Source: Eremomyces bilateralis CBS 781.70 (taxonomy: Eukaryota). Taken from it: DNA of 64,000 nucleotides. This document shows, one piece after another, positions 12,207-23,960 of this stretch. The position numbers and the translations under genes are program-made. Location: the NCBI GenBank assembly GCA_010015585.1, contig ML975150.1; one strand, 5' to 3'. The first letter of the stretch is position 1. The number at the start of each line of letters is the position of its first letter. The notes under the pieces are model-generated. The model saw nothing but the letters and a program-made list of their open reading frames with translations, was not told the origin of the DNA and did no database searches.

Positions 12207-13264
12207 GACGGATGGATGGAGTTGCGTGAAGCGTAAACAAGACCAGTTGTATATCTGATCTAAGTATTTTGAGAAACCTTGAGGGTAGGAATTAATTAGA
12301 GGCGGGAAAAGGCAAAGTAAATGTTATGTGACTTGGAGTAGCGTTGTGAAGTGGAAGCGCATGAAGCAAGACTTGACAGCTCTAAAACTGCTACAGTCGG
12401 TCAAGCAAGAAGGGAATCCCCAACATATATATATGAGGTGATGCGCGATTTAAGGCTTAGGGGACCGCCAAACTAGTCAAATCTGGCAGAACAACAGAAA
12501 TCGGCGATAGGCGAACAAATGCGAACATTTGTGCAAGGGACGTACCAGGCGCCTCACAGCTGGGCCCCTTTGGGGTAGAAATCTCCAAATATGCGGCCCG
12601 CATGTGGGTTGTCATGGTTCACTGCGACTCGGATTTTAGAAAGCTAAGAAAGGCGATATGGCCGAACTGTGGAGCAGGGGATGTTACAACACTAAAACAA
12701 AGCTTGTGCTCGGAGTTGCCCCATCAGGTAATTCTGCAATCGCCGACTACGCCCGTACGCCGAAGGCCGATGTCCCAGGGACATCGGCCTTGCAGGTACT
12801 ATTATGTCCCATCTCGAGTGGTCCACAGATGCCTGTCTAATGTCAACCTTTAGTTAATAATTAATGAAGCAGGGCGGTGACTGGATCGAACCAACGTGAT
12901 CGCGCTTCACGTTATGATGCAACGAAAATGATGGGTCCAGACCATAAACACCGTTCGATTGACATAGATAATATATTAGTGATCCGTCCCTGAGAAGTTG
13001 GTGACAAATGAGGGGTTGGAATCAAGGACGGCTTTAGTATTCAGCGAAACGCGAACACCTTCCCATACCCACTGATGAATCCCAGCCATGTGGTCAGGTC
13101 TAACCGTTCACTGTCGGGCCTGATGGCCGATGAATTCATGCTTAACTCGCGTAGTTACGCGTTCCAATCGGTCGACAGACTCGGCACGGTCGAAAACAAG
13201 ATGCCGCTAAATACGAGGCGGAAGGATTCTGTTCCATCATGACTCATTAATAGAAAAGAAAACC

Positions 13265-13305
13265 GTCCAAACTCCGACAGTCCGAACTCCGACAGTCCAA
13301 ACTCC
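13265..13305. repeat. About 2.7 copies of a 15-bp unit (GTCCRAACTCCGACA) between the divergent MFS and UTP18 genes
   Basis: gtccaaactccgaca gtccgaactccgaca gtccaaactcc read directly. Confidence 0.85.
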
Positions 13306-13800
13306 AACCTCGCATGGTCCATAGAACCTCGATGAGAGTTGAATTTGAAATTTGATGTGCAACGCGCAGGAAAGCAGGGGCCAAGTCTGAGATATATCAA
13401 TCTATCAGTGAGTATTCCGTACGGCATGTTGATACTCGTACGTGGAGACATGTGTAATCTTCGGTGTATACGATGTCCGGATTCTCTCAACTTGCTCTGG
13501 ATTTCTGAATGAAGAATGGCAACATTCTCTGCACATGACTGGAGTCTTTCTCTGTCACCTGACCTGTCACCTGACATGTCGGTGTTTCGGCGTTAAGGCC
13601 TAATTAATATTTCCCCCTCCAGTGCCAGCCCGACCCCTGCAGTGCTCAAGGCTCAAGCTGCTAGGGGAGTGGCCGAGTGGAGAGGTTCTCAGTATGAAAA
13701 AATTAAGATGATCAAAGACAAAATATCATTCCGCGTACACCATTTCAATCTCGTACGCATCCCACACTAAATCAACTCCCGCTTTCACCGGTTCGCCGCA

Positions 13801-15630
13801 ATGCCCGACATGGACCTGGAGAATGACGTGCTCATGCACTCCGACAAAGATAGCGACGAGGAGGAATTGGAACGTTTGGTTTTCGGTGATAGCGAAGGCT
13901 TCAGGGACCGCTTGAAGTCCGTAGGCCAATCGACCCAGGAGCTGCTTCGAGTCGGCGAGGAAGATGAAAACGACGAGTTTCGAGGTCTGGATGACGATGC
14001 GGTATGCGTCTTCCTTTTTGAGCCCTTATATTGCGGACTGGAACTAATGCGCGGCGTAGCTATTCTTCGTCGACGAGGGACCGGGTGTACCCGCGCAGTC
14101 CGATGCTCAGGCAATCCAACATCAGACGTCGACCCCCTACCTAGACGGTCGACAGGCTGCCTGGGAGGATAGTGATGACGAACGTATCACGGTGTCGCTC
14201 TCATCGGTGCCTAGGTTACGAAAGCTGCGTGTGACGGAGGGAGAAGATTTGGTGACAGGCAAGGAATATGTTCGCCGCTTGAGGATACAGTAAGGACGGC
14301 AATTCGGCAGTAGTCGAACAGATCTGACGAATATAGGTACGAGCGATTGCATCCTCGTCCGGCGTGGGCGGACGTCGGTAAGCAAAATGGGACGTCAAGG
14401 AAACGAACAGCAGGCGACAGCGACGACGAGGATGATGGGGAGTCGAGCGATGACGATCTTCCTTCGTCAAGGCCTCTCGCACAGCTTTTGAAGGATGCCA
14501 GTCTTTTCTCAGCGTCGGACGCGTCGCACCCACGGAAGAAGCGCAAGCTCCGCCCGGAGGTCATTGACATTCAGCGTATCAAAGGCGTCACCGGCACCCA
14601 GCACTCGGCCATCACCTCTCTTCATTTCCACCCGAACCTCTCCCTTCTCCTCTCGTCTGGCCCCGCCAGCACACTCTACCTCCACCATATCAATGGCGAC
14701 CCCACCGACCCCGCGACTCCTCATCCGCTCCTCACCTCGTTGCACATGCGGCGGACTCCACTCACGACCACTCTCTTCTCCCCCGCCCCGTCCGACCCAC
14801 GCATCTTCCTCTCCGCGCGGCGAAAATACTTCCACACCTGGGACCTCTCCACCGGGCACGTCTCCAAAATCTCCCGCATCTACGCCCACCAGCACGAGCA
14901 GCGTAGCATGGAGCACATGTCCCTGTCTCCGGACGGGCGATATCTGGCGCTCCGTGGCACGGCGAAGAAAGGCGGGGGCGTGGTCAACGTGCTGAGCGCG
15001 GACACCATGCAGTGGCATTCGCAGGTCCGCGTGACGAGCGAACAGGGCGTCGCGGACTTTGCGTGGTGGACGGACGCGAAAGGCATGACCGTTGCCGGCA
15101 AGAATGGCGAGGTGAGCGAGTGGAGCCTAGCGGAAGGACGGGTGATTGCACGGTGGGCGGACGAAGGCGCGGTCGGAACCAGTGTCATCTCGCTGGGTGG
15201 GCGAAGTGGACATGAAGGTTGGCTCGGTGGGGATCGGTGGGTCGTGATCGGAAGCTCGACGGGAATCGTCAACGTTTATGATCGCGGAGCATGGAGAGAT
15301 GAAGCGAATGAGACCGATATGGACGACAACGCAGGAGTCCCCTCCCGGCCGAAGCCAACCAAGGTCCTCGATCATCTGACGACTCCGATCTCTCATTTGC
15401 GATTCTCGCCGGATGGTCAGTTGCTGGTCATGGCCAGTCGATGGAAGAAGGATGCATTGCGTCTGGTGCATCTTCCAAGCTGTACAGTGTACAGGAACTG
15501 GCCGACGGCAGATACGCCGCTTGGGCGTGTGTCGGCGGTGGCGCTGGGCGAAAAGGGGGTGAATGGCGAGTTGGTCCTCGCTGTTGCCAATGAGCAGGGA
15601 AAGATCAATATGTGGGAGATAAAAGCGTGA
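13801..15630 (+). CDS. UTP18: U3 snoRNP/SSU processome WD40 protein Utp18; introns 14002-14059 and 14290-14336
   Basis: Motifs EEELERLVFGD, LFFVD, AAWEDSDDERITVSL...RLRKLR...GKEYVRRLRIQ|YERLHPRPAWA, WD40 repeats and DALRLVHLPSCTVYRNWPT...TPLGRV. Confidence 0.95.
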
Positions 15631-15872
15631 GAGTTTTCGATATAATAGCTAAGCTGGCCTGGAACCACAACTAGTTTGATCAATATCCCTAAGAATAGAG
15701 CAGAGTGTCTCTGGTCTTTGTCATTGATTTCCAACGCCTACGCTAGTATGCAACTCCTAGAATGCGGATAATGAGTGGTATCGTGCAAAAATAAAGTCAT
15801 AAAAGGCAGTGAATCGTATCGAACCATCCAATATCAAACCATGCATCTCCTTTTCTTTTTTTGGTACAAGAC

Positions 15873-18026
15873 CTAAACAATCAGATACAACGACGTCACT
15901 AGGCTCGGTCCCACGAATAGACCGAACCAAAACACTAGATTTCCCAAGATATCGCGTCCTTTCAACAGTTTCGTCCGACTGAGCTCCGCCAACGGCAGTT
16001 GACTCAACTGCAAAATGAACAGATACCCGCGCACCTTCCTGAACAAGCAGAACATGACCAATTCATGCACCAGCGCGCTTAGCAAAAAGGTCACGAGGGT
16101 CGCCTCCTTCTTGCTCAGCCGCAGCGCCGAGATGCTCGAATGATAGACGTGCCTCAGCAGGAAGTTATGCACCGGTCGGTTCCAGTCCCGCGCGTACTGG
16201 TCCCACGACACGCTGTTCCACCAGTCCCCATAGAACCCTCGGTCGGCGAATCGCGTCACCTCGGCCAACACGTTCAGACAGCATTCCCAAATGACGTACC
16301 ATGTCAGGAGCTGCTCGAGCAGGAGTGGAAACAGCATGTCGGACAGTACCCAGGGCAATTCCGGCCAGCGATGCTTCAGAGACACCCCGGAGTTTCGCAG
16401 CGTCACCGCCGTCATCACCGGGGGGTAGATGAAATGTTGCGAGATGATGATCATGACCCAAATGACGCCGAACGTGGCCAGGGTTTTCTCCAGGACGTAC
16501 CACCAATTGATCGACTCCTGTCGCGGGTACTCCAGCTCATAGACGAGCGTGGGAAGGCAGATCCAGTCGGCCCAATTGGCGAGTGTGAGGTTGGATGGGT
16601 AGTGGTTGTATGAGTGCGTGCATTTCCCACGTAACTCCGTATCAAGGTCGGAGAGTTCGGATTGGAGGATCATGCGGAAGGTGCGGAGTTGTTTGGCGTC
16701 GAGGGGCCGCCCCGACTCGATGGCCAAGGCGATGTTGGAGACTTCGGTGTTCTCGCTACGGAGGTCGGTCGAGGCTTTGGGGTTGACCGAAGCGCGTCGT
16801 TGGGAGGGAGAATGCGGAGGGTGATCGAGCGCCGAGGTGAACGGATCGGCGGATGCCGGACTGGATAATGCTCGTGAACGAGGTTCCCCGGTAGGTGATG
16901 AGGAAGGAGGTATATCGTCAAGACGAGCCAGTTTTTGTGCGACAATGGCACGGCGACGGTGGACTTGTGATACTGTTGTCTGGTTAGCAAGAGGTTCCAT
17001 AGGGATTGGTAACTCCTTACAATGTCCGTTATAGAAGGCATAGCTGTGTTGCTTCATGACGAACACGAGGCCATGGAGAACAATGAAGATGGTATGTGTC
17101 CACGGCCATTCGCGATACCAGGTCCACCCGATGACGGCGAAAAGATAGAACATCTGCCACATGTTTTGGATGATCCATCCGGAACCATTCCATGTCAAGT
17201 ATCCTCGGCGGATCAGCTTCTGCAGGACCAACCCCATCGCCGTGCCCGCAGTCATGACGCCATCAGTAAGTCCCAACACAATCAAATCACGCTTGAACAT
17301 CATGTGGAGGATCTCCGCCGGCCCTAGCACGCTGCCATACTGCTTCCAATTCTGCATCGCCACGCGAATCAACAACAGCCCAATGCCCAGCCAGAATAGC
17401 GTGAAGAATCCATGAAAGGGCGAGCCGCTCGCGGGATTTTGCCGGTCAAACCTGGTGAATTGTCGCGTGAAGACCAGATCTCGAAGCCGTGTCCGTTCCT
17501 TCTCGGAAACTTTTGCGCCGTGCTCGATCTGGATTCGATTTTCGAGGATCTCTCGGATCGCAGGGTCGTCGGCCGTAAGCACATACTCCCCTTTGCGGCT
17601 GGTCGGCTCCAAGACCACCTGGATGCTCTGTCGCCGCGACCGAGCCGCCGCGGGAGATCTCGTTTTCGCCGTAGTGGGGGATCGCAAGGTCGCAGGAGCG
17701 CCATTGACTGTCGGATCGATGACAAGGTTCGCCGGCGCATCAGCACGATGAATGCCCGCACCTGCACCGTCCTCGACGACGGTATTGGGGTCGATCTCTA
17801 GGTTGTCGTAGTCTTCCTCCTCGTCGCCCGAGATGGGGTTGCTAGAGAGTTGGTTTCCATCCTCGCTGCTCGGTTTCGATGGGGACGCTGGAGGGGTGGA
17901 TGGACCATTCGTCGGCTTTCTCACGATGTCCGGAGCGATGGCAGGGTCGAGACCCGAGAGGAGATGAGACATTGGGACATCGGAGAGGTTGGAGAGGCGG
18001 TGCGGAGCGTCCAAAGATTTGGGCAT
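15873..18026 (-). CDS. ARE2: Sterol O-acyltransferase (ACAT/ARE, MBOAT family); 48-nt intron 16973-17020
   Basis: Motifs MKQHSYAFYNGH, YPSNLT, PTLVYELEYPR, FADRGFYGDWWNS, WNRPVHNFLLRHVY and SALVHE (catalytic His). The first in-frame ATG is at 18026. Confidence 0.94.
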   Translation of the reverse strand: MPKSLDAPHRLSNLSDVPMSHLLSGLDPAIAPDIVRKPTNGPSTPPASPSKPSSEDGNQLSSNPISGDEEEDYDNLEIDPNTVVEDGAGAGIHRADAPANLVIDPTVNGAPATLRSPTTAKTRSPAAARSRRQSIQVVLEPTSRKGEYVLTADDPAIREILENRIQIEHGAKVSEKERTRLRDLVFTRQFTRFDRQNPASGSPFHGFFTLFWLGIGLLLIRVAMQNWKQYGSVLGPAEILHMMFKRDLIVLGLTDGVMTAGTAMGLVLQKLIRRGYLTWNGSGWIIQNMWQMFYLFAVIGWTWYREWPWTHTIFIVLHGLVFVMKQHSYAFYNGHCKELPIPMEPLANQTTVSQVHRRRAIVAQKLARLDDIPPSSSPTGEPRSRALSSPASADPFTSALDHPPHSPSQRRASVNPKASTDLRSENTEVSNIALAIESGRPLDAKQLRTFRMILQSELSDLDTELRGKCTHSYNHYPSNLTLANWADWICLPTLVYELEYPRQESINWWYVLEKTLATFGVIWVMIIISQHFIYPPVMTAVTLRNSGVSLKHRWPELPWVLSDMLFPLLLEQLLTWYVIWECCLNVLAEVTRFADRGFYGDWWNSVSWDQYARDWNRPVHNFLLRHVYHSSISALRLSKKEATLVTFLLSALVHELVMFCLFRKVRGYLFILQLSQLPLAELSRTKLLKGRDILGNLVFWFGLFVGPSLVTSLYLIV

Positions 18027-19752
18027 CGCGAGGCTGATGTTGGAACGCGGGGAGAGGATGGAAGGGGATTTAGCATCCAGGAACTGTGGAAGAGAAGCAT
18101 AGCAGATGGTCCACAAGGGACAACACAGTCGAGTAATACGGAGTCGATCGTTTCAACATTTGAGAATGGTGCTGGAGCACGGTATGGATTAATTGGTCAT
18201 AAAAGGATAATATGTATTACCTTGGAGTCCGTAGTCTGGAACTCTGGATAGCGATAGCAGCACCATCCATCTCAGGCAAACCCAGGGTATGATCTCACCA
18301 CCACACGTTATCCGGCGTTGGATATCTCGGCAACTGATTATAGTTGAGTGGCGGAGAGGATGGTAGGTTGCCAACTACACATGGCAAGGAGTACGAAATA
18401 TATAGCATTATCCTCCCAATTCCTTACCATAACACCACGCCTATAATGGAGAATGCTCACGAAGCTAGTAGGTAGTACTTGGTGCACGGAGGATGGATGA
18501 ATGTGTGAATTGTGACAGTTGGCGGGAGAGGCAAGAAATCCGAATTCCTTCAGCTGAAGTCCGAATTCCAACCTTCAACTCGCAATATCAACTCGGACCA
18601 TACAATAAAAATCTTTCTCAAATCAGGGAATACCTCAAACGGGTGTCAAACCTCATCGTGTTTGATTCCTCTGTATTCCCCTTTCTTCCCTCGGATAGTA
18701 TTCTCTCCTAGTTCCGCGGAGCACAGCCTCTCGTCCAGGACAGGGGTGGAACATTCTTCACCTTCGCAAGGCAGACTCGAGCCTCGACACTGACTGATAT
18801 CCAGCAGTCTGCCAGTCTGGCACTTTCTGTTGTTTCTAATATGAAAGTTAATTATTACGGAGTACGGAATTATTATGGATTCAGAATCGCTTTTCAGAAA
18901 TGTCAATGATCAATCAATCCGTCTCGTGCCTTTTGGTGTCACTTTTCAGCACATGCCCCTAATTGCTGATGGTTCTGCTTAGGCTCTTCGTCGCGATTCT
19001 CGGTCCCGAATAATTACAGCATGTCTTTGATAGTTCATTCCTCGGACCACGCCGTGTGAATACCCCACACTCTATGGCAGCCCGTTTCAGCCAGAGGGAG
19101 ATGATCTTGGGGGTTGAGATCGCTGCCACCCCGGACCGTTTCGGCCTTCAGGGGACGAGAGCGAATCGGCGGACTGGCCTCCCCGTAACCCAGCCCCATT
19201 GGAGTTTGTGATCGAGAGCAAAAGTCGCGACTTTCTGACAAGCTTCCCCTAGCATCAGCCTCAAAATATGGGTGAGATTCAGAGCTTAGGCATGAGAGCA
19301 GAGAGATGGCATAGAGTGATTGAGACGCTGTCCAGCGCTCAGCCGTGTCTACTGTGAGTCTGTGACTCTTCAGTCTTCACCCCCTGTCTCTGATTCTCCT
19401 GGACAGGGTGAAGCAAGCCAAGAAGGCTATCCACATTCAAGCCGCTTTATGGTCTAGCTTTTGCCTAATCTTGGACCACTTCTCGTATTCGAGATGCCGT
19501 GGCGCCATATACAAATTGCTGCATCTCCCAGTCGTTTTTGCGCGTTTGACCTTCCAGAGCATTTTCAACTCTTTGTTTCCGTCAATATTTGTTAACTCAC
19601 GACGATTCTACAAGACTGTGGCTATTATTATTAATAGTGCGCAAGCCTATGAGGATCTCGAGTCGCTCAAAGAGCCTCATTACAGATCCCTGTTGGACAC
19701 AGTCAGATTAACCTTATCGAGACCTCATCTCAGACCCCATTGGTACCGTACC

Positions 19753-21071
19753 ATGGCTCCTAAAGGTGGCAAAGGCGGCGGCTCCAGCTCGGGTGGCGGG
19801 TCCTCAAAGGGCGGCTTCAGCAGCTGCCCGTCCTCCCATTTTCAAGATGGCTATGTCCTTTCCACCATCATTGTTCCTGCCATCTGGACTGTTGTCTACC
19901 TAATAACCTTCAGTATATGGGTGGTAAAGAAGAAGCGGAGCGCTAAGGTCCGGGAGATATTACCATGGAGCTCGTACGGGCTGGCTTTACTTTTGGTTTT
20001 AACGTATGCCGTCTTGATCAACATGATGAGAGTCATTTGCTTACATATTATTACAGAGCCACGATCCTCCACTTGAGCCACTCTGTTCTTATAGCGTGCT
20101 CAACAAGCGCGTACGCTTCCCATGACTTGTTGATTGCCGAATTCGTCATTCGCGAGATTGCGGTTCAGATGATCATCTCGATTATTCTGATCCCGCTCGC
20201 CCTGTCTCTCGTCACCCATTCCGGCATGTCGATCCGACTCCCAAAAATCATTCTCTACACGACCCTAGCCATCCTGAGCGTGATCTTCCTTGCGCAACTC
20301 ATCCTCGCCTGCATCAATGCTGTCGGCAATGGGAATGTCCGGTCCGCGCTTGACATGGATGCCGCGTATGATTGCCTGTTTCTCGTCGCGGCTGTCGTGG
20401 TGGGTGCCATTATGTTCATCGCGGTGATCAAAGCGAAGCGGAACGGAGTCGGCACGTCAGGGCTCATGGCCAGTCTCATCGCCCTATTCCTGTTCCTCGC
20501 CGGTTTCTCCCTGCTCAACGTGGTCGATGACGCTGCATATTCTCTCCAGGGCAAAAGTGTTCGCTCTCTTTCCATAAGCGTCGTCACGGACGTTCTTTAC
20601 TATACCTTCCTCACGGGTGTATTCATCTCAGTCATCTTCGTCGGCAGCAACAAGGCCCTCGGAGGGTACTCCTCGGTCAACCCGACCGACCTCAACAACC
20701 TCGCCCCTCTCGGTAAAACAACTTCTCCCCGAGCCTCCACCTTCGTGTCGGGTCCGCAAACGTCCCAGCCACAACCTTCCTATGGCTGGAATCCCCCCGC
20801 CGAGAACCCGTCGACCTACCCCTTCACTGCTCCTTCTCCAACGGCCCTAGAGAATCAGGGGATTATGAATGGCCATGAACAGCAGCAGATAGATCAGCAG
20901 ACCGCATACGTCCCACCGCACATGCAAGGTACGCAGCTACATCAATTTCCGCCGGGGCAGCAACCATGGGGAATACCAGCGACGACGCCGCCGCCGCCGC
21001 AGTACATGCAACAGTGGACAGTGCCGCAGCCGTTGCAGGCTCCGCAAGGACAGTACCCACCACCGCGGTAA
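19753..21071 (+). CDS. Uncharacterised fungal integral membrane protein with about 7 TM segments and a P/Q-rich C-terminal tail; intron 20004-20056
   Basis: MAPKGGKGGGSSSGGG start; a GTATGC...TTACAG intron joins two ORF-track frames; seven hydrophobic stretches are followed by a low-complexity tail. Confidence 0.8.
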
Positions 21072-21519
21072 AATACTGCGCTTTAACGTGACTAATTTAT
21101 GGAGTTGGCCTGTTTCACTTGATTTCAACGCTCGGAGTCGAGGCGGGGATGGAGACACGTTATATACCCCCGAAAACACCAGGAATGTGTCTTTAGGATA
21201 TATCATATGGATGATATATATATATACACCACTGAACGCAAAATGGGGGTTTCTTTCACTTTACGATAATTTAAATGGACTATTCCTTTTCTCATCATAA
21301 CCTAAGTCACAATCGAGTGATTCTACACTCATCGAGCTTGCAATGTCCCATCACAAAAGTCTCAAGATTTGTCGGTCAGGCAGCAATCCTTACAATTTCG
21401 ACGGTCCTCCTCTACCATATAAGTCAGCCAATCCTGCGCGTGGAGCATCTCCCTCTTAAGGACTCACCAGTCGACATGTTTACCAGCAGGCTTGTCCCGT
21501 AGGGAGTGGGATGTAATAC

Positions 21520-22888
21520 TCACGCCGTAACATGATAGTTGAACCAGGTCACCGCCTGCAAGAAAGCCTGCTCCTTTGCAAACTTAGCTCGCTTGTTGCT
21601 CAGGTCGGCACGCACGGAAAACCCATGGACCACATCGCTGAATAGATTGATCTGCCAGGCAATATCCATCTTGTTGAGAATCGCTTCCGACTCATGGCGT
21701 TTGGAAGCCGGGAAAATTTCGTCAGTCTCTGAATTCGTCACAGTTAGTATTGGACTGGCTGAAGTGAGAGAGATAGGCAGAAGTGCAGGAGGAATTTCCC
21801 TTTGCTTGCGCATTTCACTCACCTGCTGCTGCGATCGACAGCGGTCCATCAATGGCGGCAAACTCTTCCGCAGCCACGAAGCTCGGATGTGCCATGTATC
21901 CTGCATCAAGACCTCCTCCCTTTTTCTGGAACCTCGCGACATACTTAGCACCGAAGCAGTATCCAACACCGCCAATCCACTTGCATCCCAGGTCTTCACG
22001 CATATGCTTGAGCGTGGCCGACACGACGGGGTCGACGAGGCCGGTGTGATGCTTCGGGAGCCATTTGCCGAAGTCGAAGTTCTCGCCGTTCACGGGCACC
22101 GGGTCGCCTTGGAAGAGATCGGGAACGACGACGAAGAAGCCATTGGCGGCGAACTGGTCCGCAATGCTACGAGTTTATCAGCCATGATCTCTAATCATAC
22201 CACGGAGTCATCCATCTGGTATCCATATCGGAGTAACACCTGGGAACAGAGGGGAACGCAGCTGATATTAAGGGGTATGAAGCAGAGACGAGGAATGTGC
22301 TGGAAAGGAGTGCCCGCTCCGCAATGGGCCTAGATGAAGGGTCGAAAGATCCATTGGAGAATGAAAGTTGTAACCTACAGCTGCACATTGATGAATTTGT
22401 GACCGAGCACATCGGTGAGTATCAGGATGGCATTGGTGGTGGATTTGTCCTTTGGATAGGCGAAGTACGTCTCAACTACAACGTTACACCCTCCTATTAG
22501 TCTTTGTGTGACTTGAGGTCAAGATGACCGTTATTAAAATAAGGAAATGTGCTTATTTTCTGCGTAACAGTGCGTGAGACATTCTATGCCCCCAAGCCAC
22601 GTTGGTACGTCTGTTTTGCGGACCATATTGAGGCTGAGAGGGGCGCCCCACTATGAATGTGAGATACACCATGGAGGGGTCAGACTTAGGGGCCATAAAG
22701 TAGGGTACGGAATGTTACAATGCATTCTGAAGAGGACAATTGACTCTTGATTCGTGTGTGACTTGGGATAGGAAAACTCAGCTGAGAGCCAGGGACTCAC
22801 CATCACCAACCAACTTCACCTCGCCAGCAGCTTCGCCCTCATGCTTGACTCCGACAGCGCAGCACTGGGCGGGTTGATGAGATGTCAT
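21520..22888 (-). CDS. Dienelactone hydrolase family (AIM2-like) alpha/beta hydrolase; introns 22476-22800, 22167-22378 and 21729-21822
   Basis: MTSHQPAQCCAVGVKHEGEAAG..|VETYFAYP...LTDVLGH..NVQL|IADQFAANGFFVVVPDLFQGD...GYCFGAKY...AHPSF...|ETDEIFP...VVHGFSVR, giving a Cys-Asp-His triad. Confidence 0.93.
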
Positions 22889-23960
22889 GGTAGGGTGGGG
22901 AATTTCTTCAGCAAGTAAGGTATAAAGGTAATTTGAAGTGGCGCACGGTTCACTATCGTAGACAGCGACGTTTCAGTATGATAAATGCGAAAAGAACTGA
23001 GGGAAGGACTGAGCAAGTAGATGAGACGATGTTGGTGCATGAACTCCTCGGTCAAACCCTTGCGACAAGTGGAGGTTTGCGATGGAAGCCTGCGACACGT
23101 CATGTAGTATTAGTGGTGTCTGCGGATACTTAGTGCATCCACTGCTCCTCTTTTTCCCGGCGTTTCGCATGATCGTATCCGAGGGTGGGTTCGTTATTCC
23201 AATACGGTTCGGTACGGTAGATGTCAGCTCCGGTTTGAAATTGGGCAATTTGCACATGGAATCGTGGAACCCAGGCGAGGATCTAGATACTCGCCCAACT
23301 TGGGTGATTTTGTTGGACTGTTGGAGTCTTGGAGGGGAAGCCCGCGCGGGAAGGACATGGAACATGGGTTCAGATTGCTTCAGTTTTTGGGGCTCTGTTC
23401 CTCCATATTCCAATGGTATCAGCCTCACTCGGGCTGAACGGAATGTTTATTAATACTATATAGTAGGTGTCTAGAACGGACGTGGAGGATTAATTGCATG
23501 ACTTACGGAGGATGGTGGATAGGCACTTGTAGAGGGTGAGAGGTCCCTTGATGGTCGATATTGTACCATCCCTGGATTCGGCTTCACGTTACATCCTGGC
23601 TTCGGTACAGTAATATTTACTTATTTACCAGATTCTGATATCCAACAGGGAAGAAACGGAGTCTAGCCCGATCCTTCCAATTGAATACTTCATCAGGATT
23701 CAGGAACAACAGAAATTCATGATGTCAAAGGCTGCGTGTATGGTAGCAATTCGCTAGGCAGATCGAAACAAGTACAGCCTTCATATAAAATGATTGGACT
23801 TTATGAGCAGCTTTGTTGAACGATTTGGCTGAAATCTGCCTGTCATATCGCAATCGTCGTATTCTGTCATTGGTTACCCGTTGTGCGCCCGCTACCCAAG
23901 AAGTGCTATATCCCCGCTCGTGGACCCCAGTGAGTGTCATTCCCAGCGTAGGTGCTATTA

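Noticed and set aside
12870..12915. GGTTCGATCC on the minus strand as a tRNA T-arm
   Set aside because: The T-stem pairs poorly and I could not build an acceptor, D or anticodon arm. The same applies to GTTCGAATC at about 47772.
13072..13140. CTGATGA as a hammerhead ribozyme core
   Set aside because: No correctly placed GAAA and no stems II/III.
19408..19752. N-terminal 115 aa of the 222-aa ORF-track entry
   Set aside because: It starts at GTG and has UTR-like composition. The ATG at 19753 (ACCATGG context) is the credible start.
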